64,000 nucleotides of DNA from Macrostomum lignano (taxonomy: Eukaryota): NCBI GenBank assembly GCA_002269645.1, contig NIVC01000284.1, positions 372,001 to 436,000 on the forward strand, written 5' to 3'. The notes beneath the pieces are model-generated. The model searched no databases and was not told the origin of the DNA. It saw nothing but the letters and a program-made list of their open reading frames with translations. A program made the position numbers and the translations under genes. This document shows, piece by piece, positions 39,695 through 53,152 of the stretch (the first letter of the stretch is position 1; each line of letters starts with the position of its first letter).

Positions 39695-42600
39695 TGTCTC
39701 TAGAACCTGTAACTGATCTGGTCAACAGAATCAAAGACGAACGACGCAAAGATCTGTGCTGCAAGAATGCTGTAAAGGCTGCGTCAGATAACCAAAAATG
39801 GTCTGTAGTTAAATTTCTGGCAGAATCTGTCAGCTCAGATGACGGTAAAGATGACTGCTACGAAACCGCTGCAGAACGAGCCGCATGGAGCGGAGAGGCA
39901 GAAGAAACGAAATTCTTTGTGTCAAAAATCGCTGATCCGCACCGGAAGGGTCAGAGCTATCTTAAGTCAATTGAGTCAGCGGCCAGTAAGCTGAAATTTA
40001 ATGTCGTCGAATCATTAAGTTCAGATGAAGTCAGTTACTCAGGTCCTGCGAAATGAAGGCTGTGAAAGAGCGATGAAGCACGCGTCCAAAGACAAGTACC
40101 TTGATTTTGTTGAATTTCTCATTACAACCGTGTCTGACGATCGAGTTCGAGACAAGTGCTGCTTGACTGCCGTGGAGCACGCTGCATTCAACGGTCACTC
40201 CAGAGTGGTGGACTACTTAAGGCGATCAATAAGTCCGTCTGCCGAGCAAGAATTCCTCCTGAAAGCGGTGATAGGTTCAGGAAGCGGCGGCCACCCTGAA
40301 GTGTTTCATATCGTATCCAGAGATTTTAATTACGACTTAGCAAAAATGGCCGCGGAATCAGCAGCCCAGTCCGGAAAAAAGGATAGCATGCTACATTTTT
40401 TGGACCAAATTAAAAATAAAAATGGCGACGTTGAAGAATGCAACCACATATGTGCAAGGGCAGGAGCTTCCTTTCATCACGAACACATCGTAAACTACTT
40501 CGATATTCAGCCCCAATGGCTTAAGGAAGACAAAGACTTCGTGGATTTCTTTTCGAAGTTGGCGAGGGAAGGAAAGAATTCAATTCTTAAAAAACTTTTG
40601 CCTCGTATGAGTAAAGCTGAAACTCATCATCTTTTAACGGAATCAATTTCAAAAGGCTACGTCGCACTTGCCTTAGCGCTAGTGCCTTTTGTCTGCAAAC
40701 AGCAAGTCGATCTGTCTGACAAAGATGGATCCACTGCTCTCATGCTGGCAGCTGATGCAGGTCACCACGAACTCATCGAGAAACTGATAAAGCACGATGC
40801 TTCAGTAAATGCTCAAGATAGTCTCGGTCGAACCGCTTTGACTCGAGCGTGCAACGCAGGTCACGTGCGTGTGGCCAAGTCTTTAATAGACTCTGGGGCG
40901 AATGCAAGCCATCGAGACAATCAGGGTCTGACTTGCGCGCAGCTTGCAGAGAATCGAGGACACACCGAGGTGCTGCGATTGCTGGAATCGACCAGCCTCA
41001 GGTAATTTCAATATTACATTTAAATAGAAGTTTATTTATTAGAGAACAAACTGCATTAATGACTCTAAGCTACTGTTAATTTCCAAAATAATTGTCGATT
41101 GAGTCAAAATATTCTTTTCAGAAGCAACGACTGCAACAAAAAAAGCCTAAAACTACACGATTTGCTGAAAAAGTCCGGATTCACGAGTTCCAGAGCTCAG
41201 AGCGTGCAGGCAATGGCCGACTGCCTTCAAAGAGTTGCAATTTCTATTGTTCAAGGCGAAATAGAAATTACGGGTAGCTTCGCAGAGGGATGGGCTAATA
41301 GCCTAATGCAAGTAAATGGCAGAACAGCAGCTGAGTCAGACATCGACTGGACTGTGTTCATTGCTGGACTGATAATGCATTTGAATAACCACTGCCATTG
41401 TCCACCCGGCACCAAGTTACGTGTGACAAACGGACACGCCCAAGTGAATGAAGGGTCCGGTAAGTTAAGAATATTTAGTGTAAAACCGTACATGACACGC
41501 TAGTTAGTCAGACTAAAGTAATATAAAATGTTGGCCCCTCCGAGAGAAAAGAGTGGTTTGTGTGGTAGGTTCGTTGAAATAAAGCATAATTATGAGGAGG
41601 CCATTTTATTCAAATAATATAGATATTACAGGTGCTTCTTTGAAACTGATCCCAGAAAAAATCCTGACAAATTTTAAATACGAGCTAAAAATCCTTTGAC
41701 CGCTAAAAAGTTACCGTAAAGAGAATATCACTTCCGACGTTTTTAAGCCCGCATTCCTACTCATGCAGTCCAGAATTTTTTACTCAACTATTATCCACCA
41801 TATAGGAAGCCAGCCAGCAGTCACGACACCAGCAGGCGGTGTTCGACCAACACAGGACCTGTGCTATGCCATAAAGTGCTGCAGTAGCTATTGTACAGAA
41901 AACAGAAAATTGCTCAAAAAATTGGTTATACGCCCCAACGCTGACGATCCAGGACTACATGTTCATCTCGTCAGTGCTACCCGACCTACAAGGCAAACTC
42001 GAAACGAGCTCAGGGTGAGCTTCAGCTTACACGAAAAGAGGATCATGAGAAGCCTCTCTGATGTCCAGGGTCAACTCTTCACAGTAATCAAGTTTATCTT
42101 CAAAAGATACTTACCCATCACACTGAAAACACCTGGACTCAAGACTTACCACACAAAGACTCTGCTCTTCTTCATGCTCGAGAAGCACGGAACCGAGGAT
42201 TTTAATCTGGCTTGGCAACCGGAAAATCTGATTTCTCTTGTGAAAGAAGCTCTTGAAATGATGCTGAGCTTCATCGACTCGAGCAGCTCGCCCGATGAGT
42301 GCATGCCGCACTTCTTCATGTCAGACGCTCCGCTCTACTTCAAGAACGCTGGAATCGGCGGCGACTTCGACAACACGAAGTCGAGGGTTCGACTCCGACT
42401 GAGTGAGTTGAGATTCGGCATCGAAGGAGTAATTGAGCAATTCATGGAACAGCTGAGACCACTGCAGTCACAGAACTTCTTTTTCCATCCGTTCACCATT
42501 CTACCACTCACGCATCCAGCTAGAGTGAAAGAAGTCACGTCAAAGTACACTGATCAGTACCTACACCTTGCGGATGCTTACTGCGTAGTGCATCACTGCT

Positions 42601-43424
42601 TGCAGCAGCTCCAGTCAGATCACACTAATCAAGATGACCTCGCGACTCAACTCAGTCTGTTGGACCAGCTGAATTGGTTTAAATGTGCCTTTTTGTGTCT
42701 CACTGCCATGGCTCACCTCAAGTTTGGTGAGGCTAAGAAGGCTGAGGTAACACTAACTGGACTTCAGAGTCACTCCATACAGACTGCTTGGGACCCAGAG
42801 CTGTTATCAAATCGAAGATTCAAGAACCGGAGTACGTGGGAAGTACCTCTCGAATTAGACTGGGCGTGGAGGTTCTGCTTTCCGTGCGACTCTCCGCCTC
42901 GTTTTCCTTTTCTTCCCGAGTTCACGCAGTCTCTGCTCACTGCCAGACTGTCGCAGCCTCGGTGCTCACACCTGTACGCGAACTTCCGCTGCCTGAGCTG
43001 GAGTCTCCAAGCTGAGCTGCTCCGCGATCGAACACCCGAAAATGAGATCTCATTCGATGCTTGGAAGACTCAGCTGCAAGAGGACCCGGACTTGGAGGAG
43101 CTGCTCACCCTGGCTCACTACAGCAACAGTCGCGAGCATGTGGAGTTCTGCTTGAGACAGATGGAGATTGTAAAAGACGAGGGGCGCGTTGCCATGGAGA
43201 GGGTTGATAAAGATAAGCTTCAATTGGTCAAGAAAATATGGATGAGTGAGCTTTCCGACTTTGGTGCCGTGATAGAAGCCACTGATTTGCTACTCATTCA
43301 GTCAGGAATTGTGTCACGGGTCAAGAAAATTGGCAGTATTCTCAGAATACTAGCATTGCACTTCTTGATAGTTGTCGTGTTGATTGTTATTGTCATTTTC
43401 GTATCCTATCTTCCCGCTGTTTGA
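39695..43424 (+). CDS. Ankyrin-repeat cGAS-like receptor (Mab-21/cGLR), paralog B, with C-terminal transmembrane helix; 5'-incomplete with one frameshift
   Basis: Segments are about 39695-41001 (frameshift near 40015-40020), 41122-41459 and 41806-43424. The GT-AG introns have the same positions and phases as in gene A. Motifs are TGSFAEG...SDIDW, QDLC, RVSFSLHEK, LKTYHTKTLLF and MPHFF. The protein ends ILALHFLIVVVLIVIVIFVSYLPAV*. Confidence 0.8.
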
Positions 43425-44559
43425 GTGCCCTATATTTTCGAGCGGCAAATTGAATGGAAACTCGATTTCTACGATTAAGCACACGAAGCACAGAACTAAA
43501 ATATTAATTAAAAGTTTTTTAAACTGAAAAAATTATACATTGGAAAAAAAGTAAAAAAGTTAATCTTACAGATGATAAAAGTCAGATTGAAGACATGAGG
43601 ATACGGTTGGATAAATTAGGAAAATATTGATCTATTTCGTGTCGAAAAGTGTGCTTTTTTACTGTATAACTCGTAAATGACTTTGAAATTTCCACTTAAA
43701 CTTTTTAGCACTGTCATCTTTGCCTAGCTTTGGTGACAATTATTTTTGTTTAGAATTTTGGTACGAATTATGTAGAACGGAAAGCGTATTACTTTTACAT
43801 TCGTCGGGCTAAAACAGGTATTTTATGAGCGAGTAACTTTTTGTGCTTTTGCGTGTATTTTGCACTAAATTTAGTTATCACGTTTTTGCTGTTTTTCGCG
43901 CACGAATTTAGCAGTTTTTTCTGTATGTATTAATCCTATGTTCTAATATTACTTGTTTTCCGGGAGTTTTCCACGCGACATGGCTATACGCATTTCTATT
44001 GATCATTTTAACAGTCAGACCGGAGATCACGTGGTAGTCAAACTTTGACCTTTGAGTACGAGCGTAGATCCCTGGTGAACTGGCTTTCCAAGTTTGACTC
44101 GGTACGACGCCCCTAACCAGCGGAAATACTTTAACGTAGCTTTAGCCTTTAACGTTGACCACTCTAGCTGGCCTAACCTGACCTAGTAGTTGCTTGTATA
44201 TGTTCTAGTTGCAGAAATGCTTTAATTATTATTTTGACATTAAAATTGTAGCAGTTCTGCCGTGAAACTGCGTGTGAGTTTATTAGTTGTGTCCACTACT
44301 GGACGCTAATTTTGAAAGCTATAACTGTTAAATGTTTTTGTGATTGTATGAGTAAACGAAGAGCCTAATAGAGAACTTTTGAGCACTGCTAAAGGATCCA
44401 TCTAATTAACTGCTAACTAACATGTACCTCAACTTTCACTATATTTTACCTTTAGCCTCTTGCTACCTTCATCGTCAGATTCATTTGATCAGATCTTCAT
44501 TCGTTCCTGGAACTGATTTTAAGTGTTAAAAGACCCTACCTATGTTGTAAACTAGTTAT

Positions 44560-44730
44560 TTGAGCATAGGACTCACAACTGAAGGTCGGGGGTTGGATTC
44601 ACGACCCAATCGGAAAAATCTGTGCCTTTGAGAAAGACACTTAACTCTGCATTGCTTCAGTTCACTCAGCTGTAAAATGGGTTCCAGCCTTAGCTGGGGT
44701 AATTGAGGGTGCGTGTGGCGACCCCCTGTC
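44560..44730 (+). mobile_element. tRNA-derived SINE with a CORE (MIR-like) domain
   Basis: The B-box-like GGTTGGATTCA is followed by CCTTTGAGAAAGACACTTAACTCT...CTTCAGTTCACTCAGCTGTAAAATGGG, which resembles the CORE-SINE consensus (CCTTGGGCAAGTCACTTAAC...CTCAGTTT...CTGTAAAATGGG). Confidence 0.6.
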
Positions 44731-46107
44731 GGTTGCAGATCTGCCTATTAGAGTAGGTGTAATAAAAAGAGGCTGATTTTTGCCTGTAATTTTGGAATCA
44801 TATCCGTATTTGTATCTTAATAAAAAAAGCATAAGAAACGAAAAAATATAGTTATTGCTGTGCTTTTTTCTCCGAAAAATACCTTTTATACCGTCACGTA
44901 ACATTGCAGTGATGACTTATGATGACCAATGATTTATTAACTCAAAAAATTTAGATCTCAATATGACAGTCTGTCTTTGACAAGCACATAGGAGTAAACA
45001 TCGAAAATGGTAGTTGTCTCTAAAAAAATTGTCCGTAGTCGATCTACATGTAATAAGCCAGGTAACTGGAAAATGTCCTTTCGCAATGAACAGTGTCTCT
45101 AGTTTTTATTCTACTTTATATTAAATTATAGATTAAAATTGTTTAACTAAGTTCTTATTCGTTGGCAAACTGGAGACCTCACCAGTGGACACACATTCAA
45201 AAGTCTGTTTAACTATGAATACAGTGTTAACTTTTTGAATTTTACATTATTATTATTAACTCTCATTGTTTATTAAACAAATTTTACGATCCAACGCATT
45301 TCACAGACGTTTCGACAAAATTAGCAGCCGAATCTCACTGCCAAAAACGGCCGCATGATGGCAAGAGAAGCAGACAGATTCGGCGAAGCCTCCGGTGTCG
45401 AATGCTTGCCCACTAGCAGCCGACCGATGCACTGTACGCTCGTACGCTCCAGTTGTGTCGGACGTACTGCTTTTATCAGAAAGACCGTTTTGTAGCTCAG
45501 ACACGTAGACCGCTCGGACTGAAGTATAACAAATAATAAATAGTTTTTACAGAAATAAATAAGCTAATAACTAGAAACCAGTTTCGTTGAATCTGCGTAA
45601 GACCCTGAGAATGCGGGTGGCCTGCTCTGCAGGCCTTTGCTTATGGTCTATGGCTAGCGAATCATTTCGATGCTATTTCGAAAAATGTCTGCATAACCGT
45701 AGCTTGCCACTTTTTTGTAAGCTACGGTTTACAAGCTAAGCTTTTGTAGAAAACATTTGTAGATCACGGTCAACGAGTTTTTCTCTTGGTGTAGTATTTT
45801 TAATAAGAAGCGGGAAAATTATCAGCAATAAAATTATTCTAACGTATACGTTATGTTTAACAACTAAACAACAACAATAACATGACCTGTTTATAAGCAG
45901 ATGGCATATTGGGCACAACTTCGGTTTCCCACCCTAAATTTTTTCCGGACTTTCCAGCATTAATATTTTAACGTTTTAGACCTGCATTTTGGATTATTTT
46001 CCTAATTCAGTAACCTGGTTCATTTCCCTGCTTTGTGTTATTAACCTGTCACTCGTTGGCTTTTTATTTGTTACTGTTACAGAAGTTTAAAAATTCCAGA
46101 CAATAAT

Positions 46108-46915
46108 TTAGAGCGGGAAACCGAAGTTATGCCGCGTATTGTTTAAGTCAAACTCGAGTGTACCTCCGCACGAACGATACACAACCCAGCCGTTTCTGGC
46201 CAGCACAAGAAAAAAGTGCGCGCCGAGCTTTGTTTGCCATTTCTGAGTCCGCCGGCATGGGTTGTATGGCTGCAAGGCAGAGTCCAGCCTGTCGACACCA
46301 CCCATAAATCTGTTGTACGACACAACTGTCTGTTGCTTCTGCTGGATGACCAATTCGTTTCGCACGATTCGGTGAACAGGATGAAGTTGGGCTACGCCTT
46401 GTGTGTCGAGAAACTAAACTTTTTTTAGGCTTGAGCTCTTCCTGTCAACTGTTTTCAACGCTAGCACGTTTCCTTTGCGCATAAACATGTAGCTTGAAGC
46501 TTTGTTTCCCTGGATACCACGAAGGCCATCTGGGACACCGTGATCGGCGCGAACTGTGCATGTCAACAGGGTGCTCCGCTGTTGAGGAGGGAGCTTCTGC
46601 TCCCCCAGTATCCCTTCCCCCAGGGAGCGGATACATCGCAAGGTGATAAGATCTGAACCAGCTATCGCAGAAGACGTGATAAACTAAATCCAATACGTAC
46701 CTAACTGCCTCCACCAGGACTTTCTCACTCAGAGACAGCCCCCCGCACCTGAGACCTTGACCGAATCGCGCATTCTCAGCTCTACTGGAGTGCACTAAGA
46801 AGTTGCTGACGTAACCGGATCTAGCTTCGCAAAGACAATATAGTTTGATGTCATATCGCTTTTTCTTTAATGGAATATATTGACGAAATGTGACGCGACT
46901 TCTTAACAGGAGCAG
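46108..46915 (-). mobile_element. Decayed piggyBac (PGBD-type) transposase fragment
   Basis: RVTFRQYIPLKKKRYDIKLYCLCEARSGYVSNF, HVFCDSWFRS and YNRFMGGVDRLD...RRTQKW are piggyBac DDD-domain motifs. They are split across frames. Confidence 0.85.
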
Positions 46916-48350
46916 AGTTTTCTCAACTCCTTGATGACATTCATAAAGAATCTCTAGGAATTCCTTTCGCATGCTTTGAGGTAAGAATGTTTTTGAATCT
47001 CTTTTGATGAGCCTATCTATTTCTGACAAATCATGTCGAACGTTCCAAAACGGCTTCAGGTGATTAGGTAGCTCTCTTCTGTACTTCAAGAGGTCTACAG
47101 GTAAACACCTAGGACTTGATTCTTGAGATCTTCGTCTATGTCGCTAGCTGTGTATGGATTTTAAGTATGCACGAATTAGTGTATCTGCAAGGTGTAGGTC
47201 TTTACCTGGCTTGTACTGCACGTTTAGATCGAATTCCTGTGTCTTCAGTCTCAGACGTTGTATTTTGGCAGATAGCTCGCTCATTGGTTTCTTCATGATG
47301 TATTGAAGTGGCTTGTGGTCTGACTCAACGAGTACTCGTACTTTTCGACCCCACAAGTACTGTTTGAATCGTCTGCACCCGTATACAATCGCCAACAGTT
47401 CTTTTTCAATCTGTGCATACTTGCGTTGCGCTTGGGTCAGAGCTGAGGACGCATATTCAATCACGTATCCATCTTGCATCAGTGCTGCTCCCAATCCGTC
47501 CTTGCTGGCGCCAAGTGACAGAATAATTTCCTTATTGGGGTCGTAGTGCGTGAGAAGTAGCGCTTTATAGAGATCACGCTTCGAACTTTCTTTGGATCGA
47601 TTTTCACGCCTTTATTCGTCAGTATGTCCCAGAAATCGTAACTCAGTCTTGCCATTAGCTTCCTTCTTTCTATTTAGGGTCAACTTCTTTCTGCACTGTT
47701 CTAACAAGCTCCTTACAGCTCAGTCGTGCTCCTCTCGAGTCTTTCCCCAGACGATGATGTCATCGATGTAGTTGGAAGAATTGACAACCTGACTGGTTAC
47801 TTCCTCTCGAATTCGTCTCTGGTAAGCTTCTGGCGCATCTTTCAGAGCGAATGCTAGTCGGTTTCACTTGTAGACACCAATCGGAGTGTTAAATGCAGTA
47901 AGAAGTGAGCTTTCCTGGTCGAGCTGAACTTGGTGAAATCCTGCCTGAAAGGTTGTAAAATAGTTTGCTCCTGTCATCTCATTGATTAATTCGTCGTATG
48001 TGGGAATCGGATATGGATTTCTGACGATGCATTCATTCAGGTCTCTCGGATCCAGACCCAGACGGATGGAATTGTCTCTCTTCCAGAAAATGACAACGTT
48101 GACAATGACAAAATGCCAGTCCGTCGGCTGATCGCATTTGGATATAATTTCTTGGTTTTGTAGCTTTCGAGCACCTCCCGTAGGGCCTTCATTGCCGCAA
48201 AAGGAATCTTTCTTGGGCCTTGGACTTGGAATGGCATCCTTGCGTAGAGAAACGTGGTGACTTTTGGGTAAGCATCCAACTCCAGCAAACACGTCACTGT
48301 ACTCCTTGAATACGTCTTCCTTAGTCAACAGAGGTGCGGTTTCTGTCTGA
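46916..48350 (-). mobile_element. Decayed Ty3/Gypsy pol fragment (RT, RNase H, integrase Zn-binding start)
   Basis: RT motifs IRLGLDPRDLNECI..YPIPT and GFHQVQLDQESSLLTAFNTPIG; RNase H motifs GAALMQDG..YASSALT...YAQIEKELLAIVYG and SDHKPL...IQRLRL...YKPGKDLHLADTL; integrase HQGVEKT. It carries frameshifts and stops. Confidence 0.88.
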
Positions 48351-48357
48351 ATGGAGA

Positions 48358-48590
48358 CTATTCCCACTGCACGTCTGGGGGTGGCTGCGGGAGTTGCAGG
48401 CGCTTATCTACCCTGCGCCCTACCTGAAACTTGACTTGCCCTCCTGTTTCTGCTCACCCTGAACCGTTGAGGCTTTGGGAGAGCTGGATGGGGGAGGGGT
48501 AAACGTATAGTAAAGGTAGAGACAAAATACAACTGGTGTATCGAGCTGCTGGTCAGTGAGGAGTGCAGTGAGCGTAGTTCTAGTTCTAGT
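48358..48590. mobile_element. Dispersed repeat, paralog of 7636-7870
   Basis: Collinear shared blocks as listed for the 7.6-kb copy. Confidence 0.5.
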
Positions 48591-48619
48591 CTAGATTAAT
48601 TGATTGATTAATTGATGTG

Positions 48620-48652
<33 letters not shown>

Positions 48653-51600
48653 AGGAGGAGTACTAGTCTGTTGGAGATGTTTGAGGGGGAGTACATGTAT
48701 TCGACTGTTGGGCGATTGTTAGGCAAACAAGTGTTGCGGCTCAGGTAATCTATTTTGACTCAATTAATGAGATAACAACACATGTAAATGATGCTGACTT
48801 CCGCTAATGGAAAATATTTATTAGAAATATTTGATTCTTTGACTTAAAGGCAAATAAATATGGGGATCTAAGGCTGCAGGGAACCAGAATATGCCCAAGC
48901 TAATGACGATAGGCACTAGGCGTTTTTGTATTTGACGAGAAAAGCTTTAATAGCCGAATGAAAAGGGGCTTTTTTAGCTGCTTAATTTTTTTTGACTCGG
49001 GTCATTCCATAAAAGAGAAACAGTAACGTAAATTGCTCTCGCAAACAAATGGAAGCCTCATGGTGGCATTTTTGCGCTTCTGGAGAAGCTTAAAAGGCTA
49101 GTAATTAACCATGTATACTACTGAACTTATTTAAAGTAGTTACAAGCTATTAAACTCATAGAAATGTAAACTTGAAATTACAACTCATTTCATATTGGTT
49201 TTCGAATCTATTCTGGAAAAAATATGATAACTAAGTATCGTTTGTAGATAGACTAAAAAGCGGCATCACATTTTTACTACACTTCCTACTAAACTATTTT
49301 TTTCTGAGAAATTTTCTACTTTGAAAATTTCACGTTTTTGGACGCCATACGCCATACAGGCTACAGCTACAATATTGCTAGTTTACTTTTCAAACAAAAC
49401 TCAGTCTCAAATAAAGTACATCGTTTTAAGCATTTGCTATATGTCAATTTTCTACCATAGAACTTTATTGTCGATAATCGGTGCTTTTTAATTTGAAAAG
49501 AAAACTTTACTGCACACTTTTGTAAACATGGAGGTAAAAGTTATTATATCGGTAAAGATCACAAGAAAATTTCTACACACGAATCCAAGCACCGTTTAAC
49601 AATGTGCGAAGATGATCTGACTTCTGCAGGAAAATATACTTCTGTCGTAACAGATCCTCACGCAGAACACGGCCAATAAAACTCTAAAAGTTTAATTTCG
49701 GGTTTTTTTCTCTCTCTATCTCTCTCGCGACATTCTGCATCCATCTCATTTCTTTCTTTTGACTTAGCCGAATACGTAATTTTTAATTCCTTAACTTGTT
49801 TCATAGTGTAGTATGACTATTATTTTAGCCATAATAACTTTGTTGATTGAGTATAGCTATTGTCCCAGGGCTCTTAATTATTCTTTTGCTAGCCGTACTA
49901 GCTGCCACCACAGTTGTTACAGGGGGGATTCCTGTGCACCTAGAATACGACTAAATGCCACCAAAGTTGTAATAAAGCTATTTCTCCTTAACAAATCTAC
50001 TGGTTATTAATTGTCTTTCTACTGGTAGCGCATGTACTTCTATTGGTAGCGTATGTACTTCTATTGTACTTTCTGGCCTGAGCGGTCTAATAGCACTGTC
50101 TATTCTATTCCTATACTTCCCCTAAAAATATTATTCTCTCAGTCCTGGGCGTTCCCTGGATCAGAGGGTCACAGCTTATGCTCTTTCTCTGCCCTGAGGC
50201 GATCTTTCCCTCGCTCTGAGGCGGTTCTCCTGCCCTGAGGCGAATTTACTATTACTGCCCTGAGGCGATTTCTCGCTTTTTAGCGGATCTCAATACTACT
50301 CCCGATTTGGGGGTTTTACTATAGAAATGAATAAGACACTCTGAACAATTTTCTGATCAAGTTTTAGCTACTGTTAGAACACACGAAAAGCACAAGTTGA
50401 TTTCTTGGCCCACTCGGGGCTTCTATTTATACTAGAGTCTCTCATCAAGTCAAACAAATAATTGTGAAAAATATTTTTGTAAATCACAACATTTAAACAA
50501 AAACACTAGTAATTTCTTTTTAGCGCGGATTTGAACTAAAGTTTCTAAGAAAACAAGTTACTATTAGCACTATCGTACAGTATCATACTATTATTAATGC
50601 ACTGTCTCACTATGGCTTTAAATGAAGAGCAGATCGCGTCATCAATTAAAAAAATTGACATAATTGACAGACTGACTATAAAATGTATGCTATATATATA
50701 TGTATATCTATATATATATCTAGGCTTGTCTCCTACTCCCAGAGTCCCAGGCCTATAAGTATCAAAGTATGAATAGGCCTAGGCCTATGACTTTGTTCTA
50801 TGCTTTAATAGAAACAGAATGCATGTCTAGACCTAGTGATGTTGTCCATTAATAATTCATTAATCCATTAATAATTCAGAAATTCAGTTACATACATAGA
50901 ATATAGATCAGTATTTTTTGTTGTCTTTTGCATTTCATTATATTATATTTATATATACCTACCTAGTTCTAGCCCCTAGGCTAGGGCTAGGCTAGTTTTA
51001 GTGACCTAGCTAGTAAGTAAATCTTAATTAAATAGGTCTACTCTGTTTTTGTTTGTTTTATATATGCTTATCTAGATTTATAAATAGGTAGACTGACATA
51101 TCTGTAAAACTTGGTTTTAATCCCTCCTTGATTTTAAACACTTAGGTTAAGAGTGTAATGTCTACTTCTAGTGAATAGTGTTATAACTAGGCTTATCATT
51201 TTAATTTTAAAATAAAATAGGCCCTACTTTACTAAAAATTGTAATTGCTATATAGGGTATAGTTTTTATGAATTAGAATTAAACCTGGATGCTTAAATAT
51301 AGGCTTATGGTTGTTAGAAAGTTATCTTAAGCCTTGAACTACTATTTGAAGAATATAGATAGGCATAGTAAAATCTAAAAGTATTTATGCTAGATAGGCC
51401 TAGATGAATGATATGAAAAATATAGAATAGAAGAAAAACATAGGTCTAAATTTAATTAGACCATAGAACTTTTACAAAAGTTATTACTCTGACTGTTTAA
51501 AAACATAACAACGATATTTGTGTTATATTTTAGTTATTTTGAATTAAATATTAATGTTTATAATCCTAGAACTTTATTACAATTTTCCCTTTCATTCATG

Positions 51601-52518
51601 CTACTTTACATGGTCAATATGGCATCGCTACTTATTGGTTCCAAGCTTGTCTTTATACCAAGTGGCAAAGTGGCAAGCATCCTATGATTGCTAAAAGAAA
51701 AAATGAAGCCAGCCTAAAGTAAAAATGCAACATGATAAAGAGCCCTAAAGTAGGCCCTATTACTAAAAGCTCTTATAGACCTACTTTTATTGATAAGAAA
51801 GTAAGCTTAAGCTTTCTAGCAATATTGACTTTAAAATCTCAGTACTGGACTTTTTCAGTTTCAATTATTAGCAAACCAATTTAATTGTACATTGTAGTAA
51901 AAGATGCACCTAGTTGTTTTCAGATGTTTCTGCTTCTATTTTTTGCTAAAAGTATTGTTCACCCTAATTTCATTTTTCCATTGTACCATTAGTATTTTTC
52001 TATTGAATGTGTGCTTAACTTTTGTTTTAAAGTTGACTTATTTTTTGCTTGTGCTATTTCCCTTGTGCATACAAGTTTTATTTCATGAGCATATATGTGT
52101 ATTTGTTTACATTTTCACAAATAAATATGTCTACTTTATTTTGATTGTTCAATGACATTTGATTTTGTTCTGGCAGCTTACTAGCACAATACTAAAAGTG
52201 CAGAATCAAATAAGAAAGTCCTGTCATAACTCGTGTTCTTTATTGGAATTAGATTAGTGCATCGGGGTTTTATAAATGGATTACTAAACAGATCTGGGAA
52301 GATTTGATAAGACGGACAATGCATTCAATTGGTAAAGCTTAATACATCTTACAAGATCTGCCCAGATCTCCTAAGATCTGCTCGTGCAGACCGTGCAAGA
52401 TCTTCCTGCAGATCTTGTAAGTTCTGCCTATATATTTAAATAGTGCAGATCTGTTACGTTCTTGCAAGAACGTAGCGAGAAGCTCCAGACAGATCTGCTA
52501 AGAAATGGCATGACGATT

Positions 52519-52860
52519 TCATCTACAGTAGCCGGGCCTACATGGCCATGGAAATCCACCAAAGACACGGTTTTCCCGTCCCGCGGATGCAGCACGCCGT
52601 TTGGTGGTTGAGCTCGGCATAAGAGGTTCCTCGATTGAGTCGTCGACAGCTCTGCTCGACGGATCCACAACGTCGTCATCCTCTGGAAGTGGAAATCAGG
52701 GATCAGAAGTCTTTGTAAGAGAGCACTCTAAGGCCTATCAGATCGGCATAACGCGCGTGATTTCAAACCTACCGATCTCAGATTCGGCTTGTACAATGGC
52801 AGTTGAACAGAAGAGCAGCGCAAGAAGCGCAAGCTGCATCAGCGAGCTTCGGTTTGACAT
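52519..52860 (-). CDS. Secreted prepropeptide precursor, 83 aa (signal peptide, acidic pro-region, basic cleavage sites, short Cys-loop peptide); 2 coding exons
   Basis: Exons 52860-52773 and 52682-52519 join through a 90-nt GT-AG intron, giving MSNRSSLMQLALLALLFCSTAIVQA|ESEIEDDDVVDPSSRAVDDSIEEPLMPSSTTKRR|AASAGRENR|VFGGFPWPCRPGYCR*. A 94-nt GT-AG intron (52997-52904) lies in the 5' UTR. Splice sites are conserved with the 10-kb paralog. There is a TATA box upstream and AATAAA on the minus strand at 52239-52244. Confidence 0.78.
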
Positions 52861-53152
52861 CACAAGGCGGTAGTTCGATGCAAGTTTGCACACAGTTTTG
52901 TACCTGTGAGGTGAGGCGATAAAGTGACACGAATTTACATGCCAATGGTGCGATATCGGTAAAGAATAATGTCACTGAAAAGCGATTTCAATGCTACCTG
53001 GTTATTCAAAAGCAAACGCTCAAGTCCTCAAGACACGTAATATGTTTAATTCTCTTCAAAAGAATTAAAGTTTTAAACAAATAAAATGCGAGCTAGCTAT
53101 TTAAAAGTCTGACGTGAGAAAGCTAAACGCTGCAGGGGCAAAAGCAGGCGCC

